Below, one piece after another: positions 41,885 through 52,921 of a stretch of DNA of 64,000 nt. Under the pieces are notes generated by a model. The model did not search any database, was not told where the DNA came from, and saw only the letters and a list, made by a program, of their open reading frames with translations. How positions within the stretch are numbered: the stretch's first letter is position 1; every line of letters starts with the position of its first letter. The position numbers and the translations under genes are program-made. Source of the stretch: Candidatus Paceibacter sp. (GTDB lineage: Bacteria > Patescibacteriota > Minisyncoccia > UBA6257 > JAGOQP01). The stretch spans positions 1,431 to 65,430 of the forward strand of contig DYGB01000003.1 of assembly GCA_020724905.1 (NCBI GenBank), written 5' to 3'.

Positions 41885-42781
41885 GACATCTTTTTCTATC
41901 TGAGAAAGGGATGGTGAGGAAATCCACTCTATATCTGTATTTCGTTTAAACCACGTCATTTGTCTTTTTACAAATTGACGTGTTTTTGTTTCTAGTAAAG
42001 GAATCATTTCCTCAAGCGTCATTTTTCCTTGGAGCACATAAGAGCAGTAGGTGTATTCAAGTCCAAGTGATTCAAGGCGTTTCCATGAAACACCTTCTGT
42101 GTGGAGAAAAGAAACTTCCTCAAGCATTCCCTCGTGTATTCTTCTAAGGAGCCGCGTATGAATACGTTCATAGAGGATATTTTGAGGAAGATCTATTCCA
42201 TAGATACGAAGACTATAGGGAAGTGTTTTTTGTAAAGAAGGAACAGATTCTTTCTCATCGAGTATTTCAAGAGACCTAATAAGGCGTCTTTTATTTTGTG
42301 GATCAACGGTCTTTGCTCGTTGTGGGTCCTTATCCTTGAGGAGTATAAATAGTTCCTCTGATGTTTTTGAAGATAATACTTTTCGTAACTGTGTTTTTGG
42401 AGGAATAGCAGGGAACTGATATCCATACAGAAGTGCATCTACATAAAGTCCACTTCCCCCACAAACGATAGGAATGGTAGAAGAGGCATGAAGACGCGTA
42501 ATAACAGAAGAAGCTTTCTTTTGGAATTGAGAAACGCTGTATGTTTTTTTTGGAGAGGCAACGTCAAGCATGTAGTGGGGGATACCTCTCATCTCTTTGT
42601 CTGTTATTTTCCCAGAACCAATATCAAGTCCTTTGTATACTTGTCGAGAATCAGCAGATACAACGGCTGAAGAATAATCTGTGTGGGTAGTAATTAAAAG
42701 AGCAAGGTCAACAGCAAGATCTGATTTTCCACTTGAAGTTGGTCCTACAATTCCTATAACGGGTGGTTTTGTATTTGACAT
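41861..42781 (-). CDS. miaA: tRNA dimethylallyltransferase
   Basis: P-loop VIGIVGPTSSGKSDLA, MiaA family length and motifs. Confidence 0.85.
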   Translation of the reverse strand: MSNTKPPVIGIVGPTSSGKSDLAVDLALLITTHTDYSSAVVSADSRQVYKGLDIGSGKITDKEMRGIPHYMLDVASPKKTYSVSQFQKKASSVITRLHASSTIPIVCGGSGLYVDALLYGYQFPAIPPKTQLRKVLSSKTSEELFILLKDKDPQRAKTVDPQNKRRLIRSLEILDEKESVPSLQKTLPYSLRIYGIDLPQNILYERIHTRLLRRIHEGMLEEVSFLHTEGVSWKRLESLGLEYTYCSYVLQGKMTLEEMIPLLETKTRQFVKRQMTWFKRNTDIEWISSPSLSQIEKDVLHFLKKV

Positions 42782-43224
42782 GGTATGTGCTCTATGATAC
42801 CATACGAATCTGCTCTTTTCAGTACATTAATATAAGAAGGAGGTATCATGATCGCTCTTCTGATTACTTCACCATTTCAAATGGTGATACCGGTAACAAA
42901 GAAGGAGGGGCGATGCTGTAAGTCCAACAACAGTTATAAAAGGAATTTCCCGTCAGGGTTTACATAACAAAGGAAACTCTTACTATAACAGAGACAGAGA
43001 CCTACATATCGTTCTTGATTTAAATACCTTTTCTTCACACAATTTTAGAGGGCCTTTTTGGCCCTCTTTTTTTATATTGACTATTATATATAAATACTAT
43101 ATTCTGCGGGCAGATTAGACCTTAACAAATTAACAATTGTTCCTCCTTTTTTATGAAAAAGCTGCCTATGCATATAAAAAAGGAATGTACCCACTCATGT
43201 AGCCTCATGGATATTTCTATGGGG

Positions 43225-45003
43225 CTACCTTTTTTTTATTTCTTTGTGGAGTTTTTCTACTGTTTTTTCCAAAGAAAGCTCTCCAAGTGTACCTTTTTTA
43301 TAACTACGAAGGTTAAGTGTTTTGTTCTTTTTCTCAGCATCTCCAATAATGACACTGTAAGGAATTTTTTGCATTTCAGCGAGTCGTATTCGTTTTCCAA
43401 GTGTTTCTCCACTATCAAGTGTCACTACCCTAAATCCTTCTTTTTCCAATGTTTTCCTAATAGATTGTGTATATGAAGTGTGTTTTTCTGAAATGGAGAT
43501 AAGTGCAATCTGAACAGGGGAGAGCCAGAGAGGAAATGCTCCTGCAAGGTGTTCGATAAGGACAGCAAGAAATCTTTCAATAGATCCCATAATAGCAGCA
43601 TGGATCATTGCAACACGTTCTTCTTTTCCTTTTTCATTAATATATCCCAGTGAGAATCGTTGAGGCATATTCATATCAAGTTGTATGGTAGCAACTTGCC
43701 ATTCACGCTGAAGTGAGTCTTTTGCAATAAAGTCTATCTTTGGTCCATAGAATGCTGCCTCTCCAATAGCTTCATAGTAATTTTTTCCAATACGAGAAGT
43801 AACAAGTTCTCTGAGGGCTTTTTCTGATTTCTTCCAGAGTGCTTGATCACCAAGATACTTTTCAGGGTGTTGTGGATCACCAAGAGAGAGTCGAACAGAA
43901 AGATCAAATCCAAATGAGGTGTAGAACGTATCAATAATATCCCAAATATTTCCCATCTCCTCTTTTATCTGATCGTATCGACAAAAGACGTGAGCATCAT
44001 CTTGTGTAATACAGCGTACGCGTGAGAGCCCTGCAAGCTCACCACTTTGTTCATCACGATATACCATAGTGGTGTTTGCGTATCGTTGAGGGAGATCCCT
44101 GTAGCTATGAAGTTTTCGTGCATAAATCTGTGTATGATGAGGACAATTCATTGGCTTTAAGGCAAAAAGATGATCTTCACGTGTTTGTACTTTAAAGAGT
44201 TCATCTTTAAATTTGTCCCAGTGACCACTTGTTTCATAGAGGTCTTTTTTTGTGATGTGAGGAATATCTATTTTCTCATATCCTTTTTCATGTCTCAGTT
44301 CCCAGACAAAGTCATCAAGAAGATTTCGTATCAATGTTCCTCGAGGGGTCCAAAGAGGAAGTCCTGCTCCTACAAGGGGAGAGAATGTGAACAAATCAAG
44401 TTCGACACCAAGTTTTTTATGATCCCGTTTCTTTGCTTCTTCAAGGAGCGCAAGATGTGTGTCTAATTCTTTCTTTGTTGCAAAGGCAACACCATAGATA
44501 CGGGTAAGCATGGTATTTTTCTCATCTCCTTTCCAATATGCTCCTGCAAGGTGAGTAAGTTTAAATGCCTGTGGATCTATTTCTTTTGTATTTTTCACAT
44601 GTGGCCCTGCACACAAATCAACAAACACAAGTTCTTTTTTAGTTCCTTTTTTTCTGTACGTCTCATAGAGCGAAAGTGGTTTTTTCTCACGGGTGAGTTC
44701 AGCGATAAGTTCATGTTTATATGGCTGAGACGAGAGTATTTTTTTTATCGCAGCTGGTGTTGTTGATTTCTTTTGGAATACAAGGTGTTCTTGTATGAGT
44801 TGCTTCATTCGTTTTTCAATAGAATGAAGATCTTTTTCTGAAAGGGGAGAAGGGAGGTCAAAATCGTAATAAAACCCATGTTCAATAACAGGGCCAATTC
44901 CTAATTTTGCAGTAGGGACTGTTTCAAGTACGGCGGTAGCAAGAATATGTGAAAGTGAGTGACGGACCTTGTGAATATGGTTTTCTGACGATTCTTTTTT
45001 CAT
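43225..45003 (-). CDS. thrS: threonyl-tRNA synthetase (no N-terminal TGS domain)
   Basis: HSLSHILATAV...GFYYDFD (second additional domain), class II motifs (MNCPHHTQIY, YRDE, GLSRVRCITQDDAHVFC), C-terminal anticodon-binding domain. The ORF is listed from 45261; the likely start is the MKKESSENH at 45003. Confidence 0.85.
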   Translation of the reverse strand: MKKESSENHIHKVRHSLSHILATAVLETVPTAKLGIGPVIEHGFYYDFDLPSPLSEKDLHSIEKRMKQLIQEHLVFQKKSTTPAAIKKILSSQPYKHELIAELTREKKPLSLYETYRKKGTKKELVFVDLCAGPHVKNTKEIDPQAFKLTHLAGAYWKGDEKNTMLTRIYGVAFATKKELDTHLALLEEAKKRDHKKLGVELDLFTFSPLVGAGLPLWTPRGTLIRNLLDDFVWELRHEKGYEKIDIPHITKKDLYETSGHWDKFKDELFKVQTREDHLFALKPMNCPHHTQIYARKLHSYRDLPQRYANTTMVYRDEQSGELAGLSRVRCITQDDAHVFCRYDQIKEEMGNIWDIIDTFYTSFGFDLSVRLSLGDPQHPEKYLGDQALWKKSEKALRELVTSRIGKNYYEAIGEAAFYGPKIDFIAKDSLQREWQVATIQLDMNMPQRFSLGYINEKGKEERVAMIHAAIMGSIERFLAVLIEHLAGAFPLWLSPVQIALISISEKHTSYTQSIRKTLEKEGFRVVTLDSGETLGKRIRLAEMQKIPYSVIIGDAEKKNKTLNLRSYKKGTLGELSLEKTVEKLHKEIKKR

Positions 45004-45114
45004 ATACAGAAAGTGTAGCAGATTCCATGCATCAAATACAAAGGAGGCTTGTGTAGTGATAAAGAATAAGGTATATAAAGTGATAAGAACATTAATAGGA
45101 TAAAGGAGGGATGT

Positions 45115-45573
45115 ATGGATATACAAAAGAATACGATCTTTTTTGGACGGTATTTCTTTCTTAAAAAAACGAGTGGAGAAAGAAATCTTAAGGATCTTAC
45201 TGTATGTACTATTAATCCTGATGAATATAAACAATGTGGGCTCGGAGAGAAATCTCAACAAAGAGACATGTCCTCAGTGAGAACTGTAAGATTGAAAGAT
45301 ACTGTACCGTTCCGAAGAATTTTGCAGATGCTTAGTCTCAAATCAAGAGGTCTCGCGCTCACAGAGCACCAGGTATGTGAACTCTTTTCTGTTGGAGATT
45401 TTATAGTATGGTTGTCACATATTAATTCTGATGTAGTTCTATTTCTTCGGGGAGCATCGGGTCTGTGTACACTTACTCTTAAGCATAAAGATGTAGTACG
45501 GGGTACACTACAACCATGTACCTCAAACACGCTCTACAAACCGTCTGTATTACTTGTCCCATTCCATAGATAA
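45115..45573 (+). CDS. hypothetical protein (152 aa) with strong SD
   Basis: AAAGGAGGG 6 nt upstream of ATG; ends at a bidirectional terminator hairpin at 45573-45600. Confidence 0.4.
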   Translation: MDIQKNTIFFGRYFFLKKTSGERNLKDLTVCTINPDEYKQCGLGEKSQQRDMSSVRTVRLKDTVPFRRILQMLSLKSRGLALTEHQVCELFSVGDFIVWLSHINSDVVLFLRGASGLCTLTLKHKDVVRGTLQPCTSNTLYKPSVLLVPFHR

Positions 45574-45594
45574 AAGCCCCCTTTGTTAGGGGGT

Positions 45595-48500
45595 TTAATT
45601 TAATCGCAATACTTGATCACAGACAATTTTTGGATCCTCATCTCTTTCAGAGAGTTTTCCTTGAATGATAACAACGCTATTATCTTCCCATGCTTCAGGG
45701 CGTCTCTCAAGAACCTCAGAAAATACAATAATTTCAATCATATCTTTTGTATCTTCTATCTTTACAAAAGCAATGTGTTTTTTTTGTTTTGTGAGTATTC
45801 TTTTAACTGATGTTACAATTCCTCCAATGCGAATAGGGGTATGTGTGGAGACGCGTCGTTGGAGTACCTGAGAAAGGGGAGTTACCTTCTTTTTTTTAAA
45901 GAGTGTGGTATATGCGTTAAGGGGATGATCTGAAATATAAAATCCGATAAGTTCTTTTTCCCAGAATAGTTTTTGTTCAGTAGAGGCCGCTGGAGCTTCC
46001 TTAAGTGAGAGGGCTTGATCTGATGAAAAAGAAGGTCCAAAAAGATCATGGTGTCCATTAGTGGTATGTTTCTTTGCGTGTTGTGAAAACCCTAGTATCT
46101 TATCAAGGTTCTCAAGCAACACATTCCTATCGATTTCAAAACAATCAAACGATCCTGCTCGAATGAGAGATTCTAGAGATTTCTTATTTACATCTTTGTG
46201 AAGTACACGAGAAAGGAAATCAGAAAGACTTCTAAATACTCCTGCTCGTTCTCGTTCTTCAACAACAGCTTCAACGATAGCTGAACCAACATTTTTAATA
46301 GCACTTAATCCAAATCGAATACCATCATCTTCTGGGGTAAAATCGTGGAAACTTTTATTAATATCTGGGGGAAGAATAGGAATATGAACTTTTCGTGCTT
46401 CACTCACAAGAAATGAAATACGATCAATGTCATTCTTGTCTGCGTTAAACAGACTGGTCATGAATGCAATAGGGTAGTGTGTTTTAAGATACGCTGTTTG
46501 GTATGCAATCGATGCGTATGAAACAGCATGACTTCTGTTAAATCCGTATCGAGCAAAAGGAGGGAACAGATCCCAAATTTTTCGCGCTGTTTTTGGATCA
46601 ATACCACGGGTGATCATTCCTTGAGTGAGTTTTTCTTTTTGTTGATCAAGAAGTTCTTTAATTTTTTTTCCAATAGCTTTTCTGAGTGTGTCAGCTTCCG
46701 AAAGAGAGTATCCTGCCAAATCTCGTGCAATACGCATCATCTGTTCTTGGTAGATACCAATACCATAGGTAGGAGAGAGAATTGGTTCAAGTTGAGGGTG
46801 GAGATAGGACACCTCTTCTCGTCCATGCTTTCTGTTAATATAGCTTGGGATAAGTTCCATAGGTCCTGGACGATACAGGGCAACCATAGCAACAATATCT
46901 TCAAATTCTGTAGGGAGAAGCTGTCGTAGATAGCGTCTCATGCCACTTGATTCAAATTGAAATACACCGGTGGTGAGTCCTTTTTGAAATGTTTCATAGG
47001 TAGGAGCATCATCAAGAGGAAGAGACGAGGGGACAATGTCCACTCCTTCTTGATCTCTAATAAGTTTTATCGTCTTTTCTATAATCGTAAGGTTTTTGAG
47101 TCCAAGTAAATCCATTTTCAAAAGCCCTAGTGATTCAACCGTATTCATCTCAAACTGAGTAATAATTGTTGAAGGATCTTGAGGGGCAAATTGAAGTGGA
47201 AGGTATTGAGTAAGGGAACCTTTTGAGATAACAATACCGCATGCATGCACAGAAGCGTGTCGTACAACTCCCTCAAGGTGTTGTGCTGCATCAATGAGTT
47301 TATGAGCATCTGAATTGGTATCATATTCCTTTTTAAATTCAGAAACTTCAGCAAGTGTTTTTTGCAAGGTGAAGTTGAAAGGAATCATTTTTGCAATATG
47401 ATCACAGAAGGTATAAGAGAGTCCAAGAGCTCTCCCAACATCTCTGATAGCAGCACGTGATGCCATTGTTCCAAAGGTAATAATATGAGCAACACTATTT
47501 TCTCCATACTTTTCTCGTAGATATCCCATAACTTCGTCACGTCGGATATCGGTAAAATCAATATCGATATCGGGCATTTGAATACGATCAGGATTAAGGA
47601 AACGCTCAAAGAGAAGGTTGTATTTGATTGGATCAATATCGGTAATATTGAGGATATAAGATACGATACTTCCAGCGGCAGATCCTCTTCCTGGTCCAAC
47701 AACAATTTTTCGTTCCTTGGCCCAGTTTACAAAATCTTGAACAATGAGAAAGTAATCAGCATATCCAGTTTTTTCAATAACAGAGAGTTCATAGGCGATA
47801 CGATCTTTTATTTCTTGTGTTATCGTTTCATATCGCTCTGATGTTCGTTGTGATACAAGATTGGTAAGGTATTGGAAACTGGTAAGGTCTTCTGGGATAG
47901 GGAATGAAGGGAGATGAATAGTATCTAGATCAATATCAACCTGACAACGCTTCGCAATTCGTTCTGTGTTTTCTATCGCTTCTGGAATATCAGAAAAAAG
48001 CTCTTTCATTTCCTGAGGACTTCTCATTGAAAAGTCTCCAGCACGAAGAGACATACGATCAGGATCTTCTATATTGTTTCCTGTTTGTACCGCAAGAAGG
48101 ATTTCATGATAGAAGGCGTCTTCTTTTCGGAGGTAGTGAATATCTTGTGTTGCAACGAGAGGGATCTGCTCCTCACGAGCAAGGGCCACTAACAGGGGAT
48201 AGACTTTCTTTGTTTCAGGAATCTGTTCTTGTTTCCAGACTTCAATATAAAATCGATCACCAAACACGTTTTTCATTTCTCGTGCATATGCATATGCTTC
48301 TTCTTTCTGATTGTTGAGAAGAAGGTGAGAGATATATCCACTCATACATCCAGAAAGAGCAATAACACCTTCCTGGTGTTCAAAGAGAAGTTCGGTATCG
48401 ATACGTGGTTTATAATAAAAACCCTCAAGATGGGCTTTTGTAATAAGTTGTATAATATTTTGCCACCCTATAGTGTTTTGTGCCAGAAGCGTAATATGAT

Positions 48501-48756
48501 GATACGCTTTTGTTGTATGATTCTTCTTTTCAAATCTGCTTTTTGGGGCAATGTAGGCTTCAACTCCAAGAATTGGATGAACACCCTCCTTCTTTGCTTT
48601 CTTATAAAATTCTATCGCTCCATAGAGGTTCCCATGATCGGTAAGGGCGATGGCATCCATCCCCAGTTCTTTTGTGTGTGCAACTAATTCATCGATTTTA
48701 GCCAATCCATCAAGGAGAGAATAATGGGAGTGTGTGTGAAGATGAACAAAAGCCAT
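45595..48756 (-). CDS. dnaE: DNA polymerase III alpha subunit
   Basis: PHP domain (HLHTHSHYSLLDG), palm and fingers motifs. The ORF is listed to 48816; the likely start is MAFVHLHTHS at 48756. Confidence 0.9.
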   Translation of the reverse strand: MAFVHLHTHSHYSLLDGLAKIDELVAHTKELGMDAIALTDHGNLYGAIEFYKKAKKEGVHPILGVEAYIAPKSRFEKKNHTTKAYHHITLLAQNTIGWQNIIQLITKAHLEGFYYKPRIDTELLFEHQEGVIALSGCMSGYISHLLLNNQKEEAYAYAREMKNVFGDRFYIEVWKQEQIPETKKVYPLLVALAREEQIPLVATQDIHYLRKEDAFYHEILLAVQTGNNIEDPDRMSLRAGDFSMRSPQEMKELFSDIPEAIENTERIAKRCQVDIDLDTIHLPSFPIPEDLTSFQYLTNLVSQRTSERYETITQEIKDRIAYELSVIEKTGYADYFLIVQDFVNWAKERKIVVGPGRGSAAGSIVSYILNITDIDPIKYNLLFERFLNPDRIQMPDIDIDFTDIRRDEVMGYLREKYGENSVAHIITFGTMASRAAIRDVGRALGLSYTFCDHIAKMIPFNFTLQKTLAEVSEFKKEYDTNSDAHKLIDAAQHLEGVVRHASVHACGIVISKGSLTQYLPLQFAPQDPSTIITQFEMNTVESLGLLKMDLLGLKNLTIIEKTIKLIRDQEGVDIVPSSLPLDDAPTYETFQKGLTTGVFQFESSGMRRYLRQLLPTEFEDIVAMVALYRPGPMELIPSYINRKHGREEVSYLHPQLEPILSPTYGIGIYQEQMMRIARDLAGYSLSEADTLRKAIGKKIKELLDQQKEKLTQGMITRGIDPKTARKIWDLFPPFARYGFNRSHAVSYASIAYQTAYLKTHYPIAFMTSLFNADKNDIDRISFLVSEARKVHIPILPPDINKSFHDFTPEDDGIRFGLSAIKNVGSAIVEAVVEERERAGVFRSLSDFLSRVLHKDVNKKSLESLIRAGSFDCFEIDRNVLLENLDKILGFSQHAKKHTTNGHHDLFGPSFSSDQALSLKEAPAASTEQKLFWEKELIGFYISDHPLNAYTTLFKKKKVTPLSQVLQRRVSTHTPIRIGGIVTSVKRILTKQKKHIAFVKIEDTKDMIEIIVFSEVLERRPEAWEDNSVVIIQGKLSERDEDPKIVCDQVLRLN

Positions 48757-48787
48757 AGCTCTCTCATTATATGGATAGAAACGAATA

Positions 48788-49411
48788 TTGCAAAAAGGTA
48801 TACTAGATACATTCATGAAAAAACGCTATACACACATCCTAGGAATTGATGAAGCGGGGAGGGGACCGCTTGCAGGGCCCCTCTATGTTGGTGCTGTGCT
48901 TCTTCCTCTGTCTATGCATTCATTTCCTTTTCCTCTTCGTGACTCAAAACAGATGAGCTCTCAACAACGAAAAGAAGTATTTGCATGGATACGAACCTCT
49001 CCCTTACTTTCTTATACTTTCTCATATGTATCTGCCAAGCGTATCGATACAGAAGGAATTTCTCGAAGTGTTTCTCGAGCCGCTCTTCGGTGTGTAGAAC
49101 GTATACCTCAAAAGAAGCATGCAAACTATCACCTCATTACCGATGCAGGGATAAGGGTAGAAGGATATACACATGATTCTTTTCCTCGAGCTGATGAAAC
49201 TATCCGAGCCGTCTCACTTGCCTCAGTTGTTGCAAAAGAAATGAGGGACAGATATATGGAGAGGATACATAAAGCATATCCTCAGTATGGATTTGATCAC
49301 CATAAAGGGTATGGAACAGCACACCATCAAAGGATGATACAAAGACATGGTATCTGTGCCCTACATCGGTTGACTTTCACCCGAAAGTTCCATACACTAA
49401 GCAAGACTTAA
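48788..49411 (+). CDS. rnhB: ribonuclease HII
   Basis: ILGIDEAGRGPLAGPLYVGAV active-site motif. Confidence 0.85.
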   Translation: MQKGILDTFMKKRYTHILGIDEAGRGPLAGPLYVGAVLLPLSMHSFPFPLRDSKQMSSQQRKEVFAWIRTSPLLSYTFSYVSAKRIDTEGISRSVSRAALRCVERIPQKKHANYHLITDAGIRVEGYTHDSFPRADETIRAVSLASVVAKEMRDRYMERIHKAYPQYGFDHHKGYGTAHHQRMIQRHGICALHRLTFTRKFHTLSKT

Positions 49412-49423
49412 CACATTTTAGAT

Positions 49424-49603
49424 ATGGGAGGAGTACCAAAAAAACATCATACGAGTTCGAAAGTAGGAAGAAGGCGATCACATCTTGCATTAAAAAAGCA
49501 GGCGGTTGTTCCGTGTTCTGAATGTAAACGTCCTCGATTACCACATCGTGCATGTGCACACTGTGGATTTTACAAAGGAAAGAAAGTTATTGAGGTAAAG
49601 TAA
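49424..49603 (+). CDS. rpmF: 50S ribosomal protein L32
   Basis: Manual translation [59 protein letters not shown] (59 aa); below the ORF-track size cutoff. Confidence 0.8.
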   Translation: MGGVPKKHHTSSKVGRRRSHLALKKQAVVPCSECKRPRLPHRACAHCGFYKGKKVIEVK

Positions 49604-49610
49604 ATATTAT

Positions 49611-50054
49611 ATGGCAACTCGACACCTTGCTCGATCTATCATCTTACAATCCCTCTACGAGTGGGATTTTTCTGGGAAGGAGGGAGACTTGGTATCTATT
49701 GCACAGCGAAACCTCGATGAATTCGGGCCAGGTATTAATGAGCCTGATTTTTTTTGGAAAATCATCAAAGGAGTTGTTGAACATCTTTCAGATATAGATG
49801 ATATTATCGCAAAATCTGCAACAGAATGGCCTCTTGATCAAATTACGATTATCGATCGTAACGTACTTCGTGTTGGTGTTTATGAGCTACTGTATGCTGA
49901 CCATGGGGAGGTTCCCTACAAGGTAGCCATCAATGAAGCGATTGAACTTGCAAAGAATTACGGAGGGATCAATTCAGGAAAATTTATCAATGGAGTTTTG
50001 GGGACAGTATATAAACAGGTCGCTGACGTATCTGAAGAAGAAAAGGATGAGTAA
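49611..50054 (+). CDS. nusB: transcription antitermination factor NusB
   Basis: [14 protein letters not shown]... NusB fold pattern. Confidence 0.8.
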   Translation: MATRHLARSIILQSLYEWDFSGKEGDLVSIAQRNLDEFGPGINEPDFFWKIIKGVVEHLSDIDDIIAKSATEWPLDQITIIDRNVLRVGVYELLYADHGEVPYKVAINEAIELAKNYGGINSGKFINGVLGTVYKQVADVSEEEKDE

Positions 50055-50733
50055 GTATACAGATATTCAAGAGAAACTTGGTATTTCATTTTCAGATGAG
50101 ACGCTCCTTGAGGAAGCGTGTACACATCGATCATTTGTAAATGAACACCCTGAATATAAGGGAAACCATAACGAGCGACTCGAATTTCTTGGAGATGCAG
50201 TACTTGAGCTTGTGGTAACAGAATTTCTTTTTTCATCGTATCCTTCACTTGATGAAGGAACGCTGAGTGGAGTACGTGCATGGATCGTTAATACGCAGTC
50301 ACTAGCAAAAAGTGCACAGTCACTTACCCTTGATACATTTCTTCGAACCTCAAAAGGAGAGGAGGCAACAAAGGGAAAAGATTCTCTCAGGGCAAATATG
50401 CTTGAAGCAGTGTTTGGGGCACTGTATCTTGATCAAGGATATGATGCGGCAAAGGAGGTTATCACAAAGCTGTTACTACAGAATGTTGATGAAAGCATTC
50501 AAAAACAGGAGTATCGAGATCCAAAAAGTGTATTCCAAGAAAAGGCACAGGAAGAATTTAGAAAAACTCCTACCTATAAAGTAATACAACAATCTGGTCC
50601 AGATCATGATAAACTATTTGTGGTAGGTATTTATATTGGGGATAAAGAAATAGCACAGGGAGAAGGATCATCAAAACAAGAGGCCGAAACAAACGCAGCA
50701 CGAACGGGTATGTATGTTTTTAAAAAGACTTGA
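50047..50733 (+). CDS. rnc: ribonuclease III
   Basis: [15 protein letters not shown] catalytic signature plus C-terminal dsRBD. The ORF is listed from 49933; the likely start is MSKYTDIQ at 50047. Confidence 0.85.
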   Translation: MSKYTDIQEKLGISFSDETLLEEACTHRSFVNEHPEYKGNHNERLEFLGDAVLELVVTEFLFSSYPSLDEGTLSGVRAWIVNTQSLAKSAQSLTLDTFLRTSKGEEATKGKDSLRANMLEAVFGALYLDQGYDAAKEVITKLLLQNVDESIQKQEYRDPKSVFQEKAQEEFRKTPTYKVIQQSGPDHDKLFVVGIYIGDKEIAQGEGSSKQEAETNAARTGMYVFKKT

Positions 50734-52867
50734 AATAACAGGGTTTAAATCATTTGCTCAAAAAACCGTCTTCACATTTCCAGACGGTATTGTTGGTATT
50801 GTAGGACCAAATGGGTCAGGAAAATCAAACGTTATTGATGCAGTGAGATGGTTGCTTGGTGAGCGAGAAGCAAAAAATCTTCGAGGAGGTAAAATTGAAG
50901 ACCTTATCTTTTCAGGTACCGCAACTAAAGCCCGTATGTCCTATGCGCAGGTGAGTATGGTGTTTGATAATACCGATGGTCAGATACCTCTTGAGTATAA
51001 GGAGGTTGTAGTATCACGTTCTGTATCTCGATCAGGAACATCTCAATACTATATTAATGATAGTGAAGTTCGTCTCAAAGACATTGTTGATTTCTTCTCA
51101 AAGATAAAATTAGGAACAAAAGGGTTAAGTGTTATTGGACAAGGAGCGGGGGATATTTTTGTTCGGGCAAGTGCACAGGAACGAATGACAATGATTCAAG
51201 AAATTCTTGGCCTCAGGGAGTACGAGATAAAAAAACATCAGGCTCAAAGAAAGCTTTCTCATACGGTAGATAATCTTGAAAAAATACAGGCAATGATGCA
51301 AGAAGTATCTCCACGACTCCGTATGTTAAAAAAACAAACAAGTCGCTGGGAGCAACGCCTTGATGTTCAAAAGGAGTATGAAACACTGTCTCACGATGCC
51401 TACACCTATATTCTTCGCGATCTTCTAAAACAAGAAGAAGAAAGTACACGTCCTCTAGAGAGTGTAGAAAAAACAATTACAGCACTTTCAGAAGAATACG
51501 CAGAAGCGAAAAAGAAACTTGAAGCACTTGAAGAACAACATGTGACCAACGACGAGATGGAAGCTATCACAAAGCGTAAACAGGTCTGCACCCAACAACT
51601 TCAAGAAATTCAAAGAGAGATATATAAAATAGAGGCTCGAAGGGATATCCAGGAGGAAAAAGAGAAAGATACGTCAGTACGAGTGTCTTCTGAGAGTATT
51701 ACCTGGATACGTGAAACACTTAAAAAAATTCTTTCAAGTACATCACTTGAAGAGGCATTTTCGTACGTAAAAGAGATACAAAATACTGTAGAGACGATTT
51801 CTCCTCATAAACAAGTAGAAAAAGATACATCACAAGAAGAGGAGAAGCTGTATCAAGAATACAAAAAGAAACAAAAAGAAATTGAATCAGAACTCGAGAC
51901 ACATGAGAAACGAGAACATGAAATATCACAATCCCTACAATCATTTCAGGGACGATTTAAAGAGGTGTATGATATTCTTGAAACAATACGACAGAAACGT
52001 GACAGGGCACTTTCTCAAAGAGAAACACTTCATATTAATGCTGAAAGAGTTCGTTTCAAAAAGGAGGAAATTGAGCGTCAGATACGAGAATATGGGGAAG
52101 ATCTTAACGCAATCTATGCCTACGTTAAGAATGACGCACACATATCATCAATTACATCTCGTGATGAATACGAAAAGGCCCAAAGAACACTTTCAAAACT
52201 TCGAGGAGAGTTGGCAAGTATAGGGGATATTGATGAAGCTGTGGTACAAGAAGCCCAGGAAGTTGAAGCTCACTACAACCATCTTCTTCATGAGTATGAA
52301 GATCTCTCAAAGGCACTTGAAGATATAAGAACACTTATTACCGAACTTGAAGAAAAAATAACAAATGAATTCTATGAAGCCTTCAAGAAAGTGAATGAAG
52401 CATTTCATACATTTTTTGTACAAATGTTTGGAGGAGGATCAGCGCGAATGAAAGTTGTTGAAAAAAGTAGGGGTGAAGATCAAGAAGGGGAGTCAGATGC
52501 GGAACTTTACGGTATTGATATTTCACTTACCATACCTCGAAAAAAGATCCAAAGCCTCGATGTACTCTCTGGAGGAGAAAAGAGTTTAGTTTCCCTTGCT
52601 GCTCTCTTTGCGCTCATTTCTGTATCTCCACCACCATTCTTGGTTCTTGACGAGGTTGACTCAGCACTTGATGAGAAGAATTCTCGTCGATTTTCAAATA
52701 TGATCAAATCATTTTCTCAAAACACACAGTTTATTGTGGTGACACACAATAGAGTAACAATGGAAGTGGCTAATGCTCTTTATGGGGTTACCATGGATGA
52801 TGGAGGTATGTCTAAGGTTCTTTCCTTAAAACTCACTGATGATGCAGTAGAAGAACTGAATGCATAA
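50714..52867 (+). CDS. SMC-family chromosome-segregation ATPase, short form (717 aa)
   Basis: N-terminal Walker A (GPNGSGKSN) SMC head, long coiled coil, C-terminal LSGGEKSLVSLA...VLDEVDSALD signature and D-loop; too short for a canonical ~1150-aa SMC. Confidence 0.7.
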   Translation: MFLKRLEITGFKSFAQKTVFTFPDGIVGIVGPNGSGKSNVIDAVRWLLGEREAKNLRGGKIEDLIFSGTATKARMSYAQVSMVFDNTDGQIPLEYKEVVVSRSVSRSGTSQYYINDSEVRLKDIVDFFSKIKLGTKGLSVIGQGAGDIFVRASAQERMTMIQEILGLREYEIKKHQAQRKLSHTVDNLEKIQAMMQEVSPRLRMLKKQTSRWEQRLDVQKEYETLSHDAYTYILRDLLKQEEESTRPLESVEKTITALSEEYAEAKKKLEALEEQHVTNDEMEAITKRKQVCTQQLQEIQREIYKIEARRDIQEEKEKDTSVRVSSESITWIRETLKKILSSTSLEEAFSYVKEIQNTVETISPHKQVEKDTSQEEEKLYQEYKKKQKEIESELETHEKREHEISQSLQSFQGRFKEVYDILETIRQKRDRALSQRETLHINAERVRFKKEEIERQIREYGEDLNAIYAYVKNDAHISSITSRDEYEKAQRTLSKLRGELASIGDIDEAVVQEAQEVEAHYNHLLHEYEDLSKALEDIRTLITELEEKITNEFYEAFKKVNEAFHTFFVQMFGGGSARMKVVEKSRGEDQEGESDAELYGIDISLTIPRKKIQSLDVLSGGEKSLVSLAALFALISVSPPPFLVLDEVDSALDEKNSRRFSNMIKSFSQNTQFIVVTHNRVTMEVANALYGVTMDDGGMSKVLSLKLTDDAVEELNA

Positions 52868-52921
52868 GTTGACTTTTTATTATTTTTGGATAGACTAAGG
52901 TTCTGAGTAAAAACGAAATTC

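Noticed and set aside
43153-43476. 107-aa plus-strand ORF
   Set aside because: Antisense to the 3' end of thrS; low-complexity hydrophobic sequence; overlaps the terminator hairpin region. Spurious.
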